From a virus: 64,000 bases of DNA. Numbering within the stretch: position 1 is the first letter of the stretch; each line of letters begins with the position of its first letter. Positions 1 through 7,876 of this stretch are shown piece by piece. The DNA is taken from the IMG/VR virus record IMGVR_UViG_3300030061_003170; one strand, given 5' to 3'. A program made the translations under genes and the position numbers. The notes below the pieces were generated by a model. The model did no database searches, was not told where the DNA came from, and worked only from the letters and a program-made list of their open reading frames with translations.

Positions 1-2333
1 TTAGAAGAGAAAGTTATTACGCTTCCTGTAGGATAAGTATTTCTATAGAAATTTGAAATCTGTGTATTGTAAACTGGAGCAGCAGAAGTATGATACCTAA
101 CACCAGATAAATACTTGTTGCCTGAGAGGCCCAAGGATGAGATTCTAGGGTTGGTAAATGTGATTGCGCTACCAGAAGCCTCCCCATCATTTATCCACTC
201 TAAGAAGTTGGTTGTCTTCGTGCTAGCGCCTATTACGTGTTTGACTTGAGCATAGTTCCAACCATTTCTCTGGTCTCTGGTGTCAATTACAACTTTTGAG
301 GTTCTGTGCTTAAAGATTGTAAATGTTTTATTGTTTGCATCTGTGGCCGGATCAGCAACTGAAAGATTGATAAAACCGGAACCATTTGCGTTCAATGCCA
401 ATCCGGTACCAGAACCAGCACTACCAGTTCCTAAATCAACTGCTAGATTAATTGAATGAACCGAAGCACCATTAACAAACAATTGCAGAGAGCCAGTTTC
501 TGCGTTACCAAAAGCATCTGCTGGGTGGTTCTCATAAGAGCCTTCCATATCTTGGGCAACGTTGTAATTAACCGTCCCGGTAATCTCTTGGTTCTTCTGA
601 TAAACACCAAGTCTAAGGTTTGCACCTGATGAAGCAATTGTAACCTGGTCGTTCACATCCAGTTCAGTAAAGCCGGCAGTATTTGCTTGTTGTGTATATC
701 CTGTTGGGTCATTTGTCGTGTCGAAAGAAATCTTCATGGCGTGACCAGCAGGAACATTGTAATCAAGTTGACTTACATCTGGTGCTGCATTTGGTACTAG
801 AACAGAGAACAACTCATTAAAGCGATCTATTGGTGTGCCAATAGGGGTCTCAGTTGTGAAGTCGATAAATAACCCATCATTATAGTTCCCATCTTCAGCG
901 GCACCAATAGTTCCACCAGATCCACCAGCCCCAAAATTAGTCCAATCTCCACCAGAGTTTTTGAATTGTAGAGTGCCAGAGTTGTCTCTAAATCCATAAC
1001 CACTAGTGGTGTCAGTATCTCCAAAAGAAACATAACCACCAGCCTGCACTCGCAAGTTGTTTTTGGCAGATAAATACTTTCCAGATACTTCAAGATCATC
1101 TGTTGTTGAGTTAAATCCTAACTTAACATCTTGTGAGTCTCCAAAGTTTATCTCTCGATCATCTCCGATAAATACATCACCCCATCTAAGGTTTGGTGTT
1201 CCAAGTGAAAAGTTATCAGTTGGAATAGCAGTTGCATTAGCATTATTTGCGGCGATTGATTTAGGAACAACGTTTCCAAAAATAACAAGGCCCCTTTGTT
1301 GGTTGAAATTGTTTTTATAAACTGTTCCTTGGAAATCACCAAGAACAGCAATTTCTTGAACTTTATCAGAACCACTAACGGCACCGTTAGAAGCGGACAA
1401 TGGAGCAACTGATTTAATGGCAAATCTAAAAAATGACTGTTTATTAGTTGCATTGTCTTTTCTTTTAAATTCAAATGACCCAACTTCTTCACCAGCCACT
1501 GCATCATTGGTTGGCACCTTGAAACTAATTTCACCAGCGTTAATCTGCATAGAACTTGTTCCAGCACTAAAAGTACCTGCTAGGTTATTTGATAAGATTA
1601 TTTGTGGTCTCTGTACATTGGAGGCGTTTCTGTTCTCCATTGTAATAATTGGAAGGAAAGACCCAGGCTCCACAGAGTTCATCTTTAGGGCACCCATTTG
1701 AATTTCCATACCATCGGCGGGACCTGATCCAGTGATTGTTACCGCACCAGTTACACGAAGGTTTCCTTTAAATTGACCACCTTTAATATCAAAGGTTTCG
1801 CCCGAACTTCCAATAGATCTCAAAGGAGCAAAGATTTTAATTGGTGATGCCCCAAAGAGGCCGCCCTTAAGAGCAACCGGTGCTTCGAAGACAGCAGTAC
1901 CAGAAACAGTCAATGCAGGATCTACGGCTCTATTAAACGTAGCGGCATCTGGGATAGGAGAGTCGGTAGCAACAGAGGCTGTAGCGCTATATTCTGTGCT
2001 TCCTTGTTTGTAAATTATATCTGAATTGTTGGATGATGTTACTCTTATTTGTCCTGTGAATATGTGAGTATCATTAGTAGTGTTTCCAATTTGAGTTGAT
2101 CCTGTCTGAGATAAGATGATAGTTTCATTAACATTGAGCGTGTCAATATTAAGAGTACCACTTAAATCCATATCTCCTTTGACAAGAAGACTACCAGTCA
2201 AGACTACCGAAGAGCCATCATATACAAAGCGCTGACTACCAGAAAGATTACTAGCAGAGTCCGATGTCTGGACTGCATGTGTGCCACCTCTACCTAGCGC
2301 ACCTGAAACATATGCCCAACCGAACTCTGCCAT
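1..2333 (-). CDS. Tail fibre / large virion structural protein, partial (runs off the left edge; absent from the ORF track)
   Basis: ATG at 2333 overlaps the upstream TAA (TAATG). Manual translation MAEFGWAYVSGALGRGGTHAVQTSDSASNLSGSQRFVYDGSSVVLTGSLLVKG...GTIGAAEDGNYNDGLFIDFTTETPIGTPIDRFNELF... stays open to the window edge. G/S/T/N-rich, beta-type fibre composition. Confidence 0.8.
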   Translation of the reverse strand, partial: MAEFGWAYVSGALGRGGTHAVQTSDSASNLSGSQRFVYDGSSVVLTGSLLVKGDMDLSGTLNIDTLNVNETIILSQTGSTQIGNTTNDTHIFTGQIRVTSSNNSDIIYKQGSTEYSATASVATDSPIPDAATFNRAVDPALTVSGTAVFEAPVALKGGLFGASPIKIFAPLRSIGSSGETFDIKGGQFKGNLRVTGAVTITGSGPADGMEIQMGALKMNSVEPGSFLPIITMENRNASNVQRPQIILSNNLAGTFSAGTSSMQINAGEISFKVPTNDAVAGEEVGSFEFKRKDNATNKQSFFRFAIKSVAPLSASNGAVSGSDKVQEIAVLGDFQGTVYKNNFNQQRGLVIFGNVVPKSIAANNANATAIPTDNFSLGTPNLRWGDVFIGDDREINFGDSQDVKLGFNSTTDDLEVSGKYLSAKNNLRVQAGGYVSFGDTDTTSGYGFRDNSGTLQFKNSGGDWTNFGAGGSGGTIGAAEDGNYNDGLFIDFTTETPIGTPIDRFNELFSVLVPNAAPDVSQLDYNVPAGHAMKISFDTTNDPTGYTQQANTAGFTELDVNDQVTIASSGANLRLGVYQKNQEITGTVNYNVAQDMEGSYENHPADAFGNAETGSLQLFVNGASVHSINLAVDLGTGSAGSGTGLALNANGSGFINLSVADPATDANNKTFTIFKHRTSKVVIDTRDQRNGWNYAQVKHVIGASTKTTNFLEWINDGEASGSAITFTNPRISSLGLSGNKYLSGVRYHTSAAPVYNTQISNFYRNTYPTGSVITFSS

Positions 2334-3454
2334 TATTCATCGACCCCAGACCCTGATAATTCGTACATTCTAGCAGCGGGGATCTCTGTTAGCGATGCCT
2401 GCAGTTGATAATCTATAGCAGAACCAGAAGCAGATAAAAATACTTGCTTGCACTTTACTGGTATTGTTACTTCATCTCCGCTGCTTGGTAACGGCCAGAA
2501 GTGAAGATTTCTATAAACGTTGTTCGTCAAAAAGAAAGGGCCAATCACAGGAAGTAATTCATCTGATCCGCCAAAGTTTGTTAGGTCATTCAGGTCGTCA
2601 GAGTTTCCACTTGAGTCTTTAATGATTGTATTTGCTCCATCAACGACATCATTTTCATTATCGCCAAATTGATACCATAGTTTTAAATTGGCTCCTTGAA
2701 TATTTCGGGGATCTGCTTTGCCACCACTATTATATAGAGAGGTAACGTCACCAGATGATAATTCTGTTCCCCATACTGCTACTTCATCAATACCAACTAC
2801 TTTACCGAAATCAATTCCATTAAATAGAACGAACTTAGTTGAACCTGTGAGTGGATTTCCAGTAGCCCCAGTGGTTGTCGAAATAGCGCTACCATTCCTG
2901 TAAACATTAATGGCGCCACCAGCAGCACCGTCGAAGGAAACTACAAAGTGATTCCAGCCATCTGTGTATTGGTTTGCATCAGAATCTGAGAAACTTTTAT
3001 ATGTTCCGCCGGCTGTATCCACTGATCTGATCTGGAACCTTCCGTTAAGGCCGCTGGGGTTTCTTGGTCTAAATTCAATTGCATTATCTCCGGCTTCGTT
3101 TTGCAAAGCAATGAAGTTTTCATTAGCATTGAAAGTGTCATTACCATCACTGCCGCTAATCCAAAAGGCAAATGATGCCCCACTTCCGTTTGGGATATCA
3201 AAAACATTATCAGCAGTTCTGAAATCCATAGTTCCTTTGGCCGCCAATGCATTATTACTCAAAGAGCCAAAGTGAACACGTAGTTCACCCGTTCCACTGG
3301 TCTTTTTGACCTTAATCTCTTTTGTTACTTGATAAAAAGAAACCTTCACCGACGAACTATCAGGGATTTGAGATCCGGTTATAAATGGAACACCAGAAAC
3401 TCGATAGGATCCAGCATTATGAAGACCGGCTGTATATTTAAAACTTTCACTCAT
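2333..3454 (-). CDS. Virion protein with an inserted LamG/concanavalin-like domain; paralogue of the two adjacent 136 aa proteins
   Basis: LamG motifs SFAFW, WNHFVVSFD, INVYRNG, IDEVAVWGTELS, LWYQFGD. N- and C-termini align with 3464..3874 and 3874..4284. Confidence 0.8.
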   Translation of the reverse strand: MSESFKYTAGLHNAGSYRVSGVPFITGSQIPDSSSVKVSFYQVTKEIKVKKTSGTGELRVHFGSLSNNALAAKGTMDFRTADNVFDIPNGSGASFAFWISGSDGNDTFNANENFIALQNEAGDNAIEFRPRNPSGLNGRFQIRSVDTAGGTYKSFSDSDANQYTDGWNHFVVSFDGAAGGAINVYRNGSAISTTTGATGNPLTGSTKFVLFNGIDFGKVVGIDEVAVWGTELSSGDVTSLYNSGGKADPRNIQGANLKLWYQFGDNENDVVDGANTIIKDSSGNSDDLNDLTNFGGSDELLPVIGPFFLTNNVYRNLHFWPLPSSGDEVTIPVKCKQVFLSASGSAIDYQLQASLTEIPAARMYELSGSGVDE

Positions 3455-3463
3455 TTATCCCCC

Positions 3464-3874
3464 TCACTCATCAATTCCGGAACCAGTCAAAGGATACATT
3501 CTTCCGGTCGGTATTTGTGTTTGAGAAGCAAATACTGAAAATGTAATTGACCCTCCACTAGCATTAGAGAAGAAAATCTCTTTACATTTTAAATCAAGAG
3601 TGAGGCTAGTATTATTTGGAACATCATAGTAGTGTTTGTTACTAACAATCTGCGCACCACTCTGAGAACCTGTAGAGAGGAGATGAACTCTGAGATCTCT
3701 ATTGCTTGTGGTTTCTGAATTTGTTATTACTACCTGTTTTGTAACATGATTAAAACTAAGTTGTTGTTCGGTAACACCAGAATTTGAAAGAGTGTAAGTT
3801 TTTAAATAAGGGTATCCCGATGATACATATGATCCTGCGTTATGCAGGCCAGGTGTATAGTGAAAATTAGACAT
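3464..3874 (-). CDS. Small virion protein, paralogue family (GLHNxGSY...KCKEIF)
   Basis: 136 aa; YTPGLHNAGSYVSSGYPYL...LKCKEIFF...IPTGRMYPLTGSGIDE. Confidence 0.75.
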   Translation of the reverse strand: MSNFHYTPGLHNAGSYVSSGYPYLKTYTLSNSGVTEQQLSFNHVTKQVVITNSETTSNRDLRVHLLSTGSQSGAQIVSNKHYYDVPNNTSLTLDLKCKEIFFSNASGGSITFSVFASQTQIPTGRMYPLTGSGIDE

Positions 3875-4284
3875 TATGAAGCGACTCCTACTACTCCATC
3901 AAGAGTAAACATTCTTTGATCGGGTATTTCTGTTAGTTCTGCGTAAACTTGAGCAGCAGAAGTACCAGAACCTGTCCAGATAAATATCTCTTTGCATTTT
4001 ACATTAAAACTAATTTCTTTCCCGGCATTTACAATAAAATAGTTATCATTATCATTAGCACCATGAGTATATCCATGTTCGCCATCTGCTTTTGGTGCAA
4101 AACCAACCCTAATGGCAGTTGACCCATCAGTGTTTTTTACTAAAATTGATTTAGAAACTTGAGGAAAAATAAATCTTTCACTCGTGGTTGCATTAATACC
4201 AGTGGACCCTGAAAGGTAAGGGCGACCTGCTACTTGATAAGAACCAACATTATGAAGACCTGCTGTGTAGTAAAAATTTGACAT
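3874..4284 (-). CDS. Small virion protein, paralogue family (GLHNxGSY...KCKEIF)
   Basis: 136 aa; YTAGLHNVGSYQVAGRPYL...VKCKEIFI...TEIPDQRMFTL; SD AGGAG upstream. Confidence 0.75.
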   Translation of the reverse strand: MSNFYYTAGLHNVGSYQVAGRPYLSGSTGINATTSERFIFPQVSKSILVKNTDGSTAIRVGFAPKADGEHGYTHGANDNDNYFIVNAGKEISFNVKCKEIFIWTGSGTSAAQVYAELTEIPDQRMFTLDGVVGVAS

Positions 4285-4304
4285 TTTGGACTCCTATAAG
4301 TTAA

Positions 4305-4517
4305 TTAGTTGTTTTGGGCCATTTTTCTCATTCTTTTTTTATGCCTGGCAATGGCCTTTTTCTTTGCTAAACGCTTCTTTTCGGAAGGTTTACGAAAATG
4401 CCTTCTCTCTCTAACCTCGTCAAAAATTCCAGATTTTTTACATTTTCTCTGGAATCTTTTGATAAGTCTATTTGGGTCTTCATTTTTTCTAGGTTTTACT
4501 GTAATGTTCGTTGCCAT
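4305..4517 (-). CDS. rpsU: Phage-encoded 30S ribosomal protein bS21
   Basis: 70 aa, basic; ITVKPRKNEDPNRLIKRFQRKCKKSGIFDEVRERRHFRKPSEKKR matches the bS21 pattern (..LRRFKRK....G...E.R.R.FY.KPS..RK). Confidence 0.92.
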   Translation of the reverse strand: MATNITVKPRKNEDPNRLIKRFQRKCKKSGIFDEVRERRHFRKPSEKKRLAKKKAIARHKKRMRKMAQNN

Positions 4518-4518
4518 T

Positions 4519-4956
4519 TTAATTTCCTGCTAGTTTTTTCCAAAGGCCGTTTGAAGCAAAGGCTCCAATATTAACCCCTGGGTCATTAGGTGCAATTCCG
4601 TCTAGTGCTTTTGATCCATGTGGTGTAGATTGGCGACCGCTGTCTCGATTGGACAGTGGTGTAGTGCCTTCAAAAAGATCAACGCCATTGTACGAGTCTT
4701 TGCCAATAGAGTCAAGAAGAGTCTTTCGCCTCTGCTTTTCTGCTTCTGCACGTTCTTGTAATCTTCGGTTTGCTTGCTCATCAGACTCTAATTGCACTCT
4801 CTGTTTGTTCTCTTGCATTAAAGGTTGTTGATGCTGAGATGTACCTATCATGACTTCACTGATGATAGTTGACAGGGTACCTTCTTCAAAAATAACTTCT
4901 TTAATGCACTCCTTAATTAGAGGTCTTAGCATTTTCTTTAATTCTGTCTTGTTCAT
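4519..4956 (-). CDS. Hypothetical protein, head module
   Basis: 145 aa; N-terminus MNKTELKKMLRPLIKECIKEVIFEE; CTATTTA motif upstream. Confidence 0.7.
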   Translation of the reverse strand: MNKTELKKMLRPLIKECIKEVIFEEGTLSTIISEVMIGTSQHQQPLMQENKQRVQLESDEQANRRLQERAEAEKQRRKTLLDSIGKDSYNGVDLFEGTTPLSNRDSGRQSTPHGSKALDGIAPNDPGVNIGAFASNGLWKKLAGN

Positions 4957-5574
4957 TTAATCCCCTAGAATTCTTCTAAATAGCCCATCGATGTTGTTCT
5001 CTTTTCTCTCTTTAAGGCGAGATGAAACAACCTCAGACATCCCTCTACCAGGATAAACATAGGCATCTGGTGTGGAAGGTTCGGACACAATGTCAAAACA
5101 AATCAATTGAAAGTCAGCCTCTACAACTGTCTTTCCCATACTTTCTCGGACAGATCCAAGTCCACGAGAAGAGATACCAAGTTTAACCCCAGCGTTCACA
5201 AGGTCTTTCAGGATTCTGCCTGATGGGGTGTCAAGGACTTTGATCTTGCCCATAACATCCTTGCCTTCCCACCAAACCTTGGTTATGATGTGAGATACGT
5301 TTTTAAGATTAACAACTGAATCGTCCGGATGGTCAAGTTCACCGCATGCTCTATTGTCAGCAACAATCCTTGCGTAGTTGTCCATCTCTCTCTTAAGAAC
5401 CTCGTAAGGGTAAACACGACCATTTCCGTTCTGCTTATCAGCAGTCTGGATGCGACCAGAAAGAAACATTGTTCCTTCGTTCATGGCTTCTCTCTTCTCG
5501 GCCTCGGTTAAGAGATCAAGACAGACACCATCTTTGCAAAGTTCATAAAATTCTTGTAAAAGTTCTTTTCCCAT
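4957..5574 (-). CDS. Prohead core protease (T4 gp21-like)
   Basis: IQTADKQNGNGRVYP, GELDHP, GISSRGLGS, FDIVSEPSTPDA. Start moved to ATG 5574 (SD GAGGGAAGG) because the GTG at 5610 lies inside a hairpin. Confidence 0.93.
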   Translation of the reverse strand: MGKELLQEFYELCKDGVCLDLLTEAEKREAMNEGTMFLSGRIQTADKQNGNGRVYPYEVLKREMDNYARIVADNRACGELDHPDDSVVNLKNVSHIITKVWWEGKDVMGKIKVLDTPSGRILKDLVNAGVKLGISSRGLGSVRESMGKTVVEADFQLICFDIVSEPSTPDAYVYPGRGMSEVVSSRLKERKENNIDGLFRRILGD

Positions 5575-5584
5575 ACCTTCCCTC

Positions 5585-5616
5585 AAAATAAAAAATAGAG
5601 TGGGCGCCACCCACTC
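5585..5616 (-). terminator. Intrinsic terminator-like hairpin upstream of the prohead protease
   Basis: Minus strand GAGTGGG-TGGCG-CCCACTC followed by TATTTTTTATTTT. Confidence 0.7.
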
Positions 5617-5619
5617 GCG

Positions 5620-5679
5620 TTAGGATCCGCTGCAACAACGGCGGACTGGCTGTAATGTCCAACGCTTAATCACCAACAT
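5620..5679 (-). CDS. Putative 19 aa peptide MLVIKRWTLQPVRRCCSGS
   Basis: ATG at 5679 preceded by AGGGGGTGAAC (SD-like); TAA at 5620-5622; fills the gap between two genes. Confidence 0.5.
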   Translation of the reverse strand: MLVIKRWTLQPVRRCCSGS

Positions 5680-5995
5680 GTTCACCCCCTGGTCTTGGTG
5701 ATACTCTTAGGCCAAAGTCATTGACTAAAACCGAGAGCAAATAAGTAGTACCCGCCCCTAAACAGGCTAGGCAAAAAGCATTCGCTATAGAATACTCGAA
5801 TGTAAATAGTTCCGTAAAGCCGTTAATGCCAAAAAGAAACAAGGAACACCACCAACCCATGCATAACGGGCAGTTCCATAAAGTGTTCCATTTTTTTGTG
5901 TAATCTTTTTTTGGCCTTATGTTCTCAAAAATCTTTCCGTAGACAATAATAAATGTCATTCCATAAGCGGTTAAGATAAAATGTAACGTATCCAA
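5666..5995 (-). CDS. Small membrane protein with CxxC motif (DUF1360-like)
   Basis: Three hydrophobic segments; LWNCPLCMGWW motif; TTG start. Confidence 0.65.
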   Translation of the reverse strand: MDTLHFILTAYGMTFIIVYGKIFENIRPKKDYTKKWNTLWNCPLCMGWWCSLFLFGINGFTELFTFEYSIANAFCLACLGAGTTYLLSVLVNDFGLRVSPRPGGEHVGD

Positions 5996-5996
5996 T

Positions 5997-6545
5997 TTAG
6001 CCTCGCTCTAATCCGTATTGTATCAATCTTCGCAGGTCGAAATCAAAATAAACTTCATCGATGTGTTCTTCGCTTTTACCAAAAAATCTTATCTCTACTG
6101 GGATTTTCTTCCCGGTTTGACACCCTAGTCGTATGCGATGGTTGCCCTCAGAAACTCTAGCAATAACATTATCGCCTTCCCATTTGGCAACAATAAGTAT
6201 GGGGTTTTCTATTCCCTTTTCAAGAACATCGGCTTTGAGTTTTTTCCATTCATCAGAACTTTTTCTACCCCTTCCTTTAATAGAGCCTCTTTCAAAGTCC
6301 CCAAGTTCATGCTCTCCTGCGTTGCCTTTCATTCTTGTAATTGAAATCTCTTTGTCATTACAAATAGCAAAGCCTTTGTATGTCGCAGTCCAATGTTGAT
6401 TGTCTTTCTCTGTGGGATACCCAGGTTCTATTTTTAGTTTACCCATAAACTCTTTAACGGCTGCATCCTCTGATGCTATTACATCTTGACGACTTTCATT
6501 TAAGAATCTTCGCCAATTCTCAAGTATGATGCGTTGTTTACTCAT
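5997..6545 (-). CDS. ParB/sulfiredoxin-like domain protein, possibly head-internal
   Basis: Likely start ATG 6545 (MSKQRIILENWRRFLNES); LKADVLEKGIENPILI...VSEGNHRIRL...IPVEI fits the ParB N-terminal motif. Confidence 0.65.
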   Translation of the reverse strand: MSKQRIILENWRRFLNESRQDVIASEDAAVKEFMGKLKIEPGYPTEKDNQHWTATYKGFAICNDKEISITRMKGNAGEHELGDFERGSIKGRGRKSSDEWKKLKADVLEKGIENPILIVAKWEGDNVIARVSEGNHRIRLGCQTGKKIPVEIRFFGKSEEHIDEVYFDFDLRRLIQYGLERG

Positions 6546-7071
6546 AACTGTATCTTCCGTACAAGTAAGGTGCAAACAAGTTGTTTTGCGTGATTGACCC
6601 CTTCTCAGCCTCGGCAGGAACTTCACCAAGTTCTGTTGACTCTTCTTTATCAGGTTCAAGCAATGCATCGTCTTGCATAGCATCGTAAGCAGTTGTACCG
6701 CTAATGTAAGACTGCTCTGTCTTAAACCACTCAGATAATGATAAGAGGGTGGCCTTTATTGAGTCAAGTTTCTCTGACTCCATTATTGTACCTTCCATTG
6801 ATCCATAAACATTACCGCCTTGGATTGAGTCATACTCAATAACACCTTGTCTCCTAAGAAACTCTAGCATTCTAGATTCCGCACCATAAACAAGATCTGA
6901 CATAATGTCTTTTGGGAAAGCAATTACTTTGTTGTCTTTTTGTTTAATGATAATATCAATGTCTTTATGTTCCATAATCATGAGATCGCCATTAAGAGCA
7001 GACCTAATGTTCATCTCAAATGTTATGTTAAACTCTTTTTCTATCTCTTCAATGTTAATTTTAATTGCCAT
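6538..7071 (-). CDS. Hypothetical protein (acidic)
   Basis: 177 aa ORF overlapping both neighbours in the head operon. Confidence 0.7.
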   Translation of the reverse strand: MAIKINIEEIEKEFNITFEMNIRSALNGDLMIMEHKDIDIIIKQKDNKVIAFPKDIMSDLVYGAESRMLEFLRRQGVIEYDSIQGGNVYGSMEGTIMESEKLDSIKATLLSLSEWFKTEQSYISGTTAYDAMQDDALLEPDKEESTELGEVPAEAEKGSITQNNLFAPYLYGRYSYE

Positions 7072-7876
7072 TTCGTCTTACCTCCGCAATGAGGTCTTGA
7101 ATATAGAAAATCTCTTCAATAATTTGCTGATTTAGAGGCGTTTGTGTGTAGTTGTCCAACTTTGCTCTAACTTTTTGAAAATTTTCGGTTAGAGCAATAT
7201 TAGTGCCCTCTACAATCTCGGCATCTACAGCATTCTTGAGGCGCCCAATCTCTTCATTTAGATAAGACTTCAATCCCAGCCCGTTGTCAGAAAATGATGT
7301 AATATAATTGGTTAATAATTCTTTCTGTTCTTCTCTCAAAGTTCTGTCGTATGTTTCGTTAAACTTGTTAACAAATGTTTTGTATGTCAGATTATCTACA
7401 TGCACCATCTCTTTCTCTTCAATATCTTTACGAGAAAGCAATTCCACCATTCTCTCTTCTAACATAATTCTCTTTTTTGCACTGAGTGATTTGTTTTGAA
7501 AGAATAGTCCAACGGTTGCAATGTCTTTGTAGTTTGGCATAAAGTTAGAATAGACACCGGTACCAAGTTGCTTGTTGATCTTGTTGATCAAACTTGTTTG
7601 AGAATTGAAAACCTGAGTCCTATCAAGAGATTCAAAGTCAACTCTAGATTCCGTCAAGAGTCTTGTGTGATGCCTGTCTTCTAAGTCTTTTGCTTCCAGC
7701 AATTCTCTGTAGACACCTAATTCATTTGATAGAATTGTGCCTCTTGAAAAATACTCTTTAAGAATAGACTTGATTGTTGACTGTCTCTCAGTGTCTTCTC
7801 TGACTACTGATCTGGTCAATTCTTTGATCAAGCATTCGTAAAGAAAAGCGGTATTTCTTTTCTTATTATGTTTCAT
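7061..7876 (-). CDS. Hypothetical protein downstream of the portal
   Basis: 271 aa helical ORF (MKHNKKRNTAFLYECLIKE); CTATTTA motif at 7931-7937 upstream. Confidence 0.75.
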   Translation of the reverse strand: MKHNKKRNTAFLYECLIKELTRSVVREDTERQSTIKSILKEYFSRGTILSNELGVYRELLEAKDLEDRHHTRLLTESRVDFESLDRTQVFNSQTSLINKINKQLGTGVYSNFMPNYKDIATVGLFFQNKSLSAKKRIMLEERMVELLSRKDIEEKEMVHVDNLTYKTFVNKFNETYDRTLREEQKELLTNYITSFSDNGLGLKSYLNEEIGRLKNAVDAEIVEGTNIALTENFQKVRAKLDNYTQTPLNQQIIEEIFYIQDLIAEVRRNGN

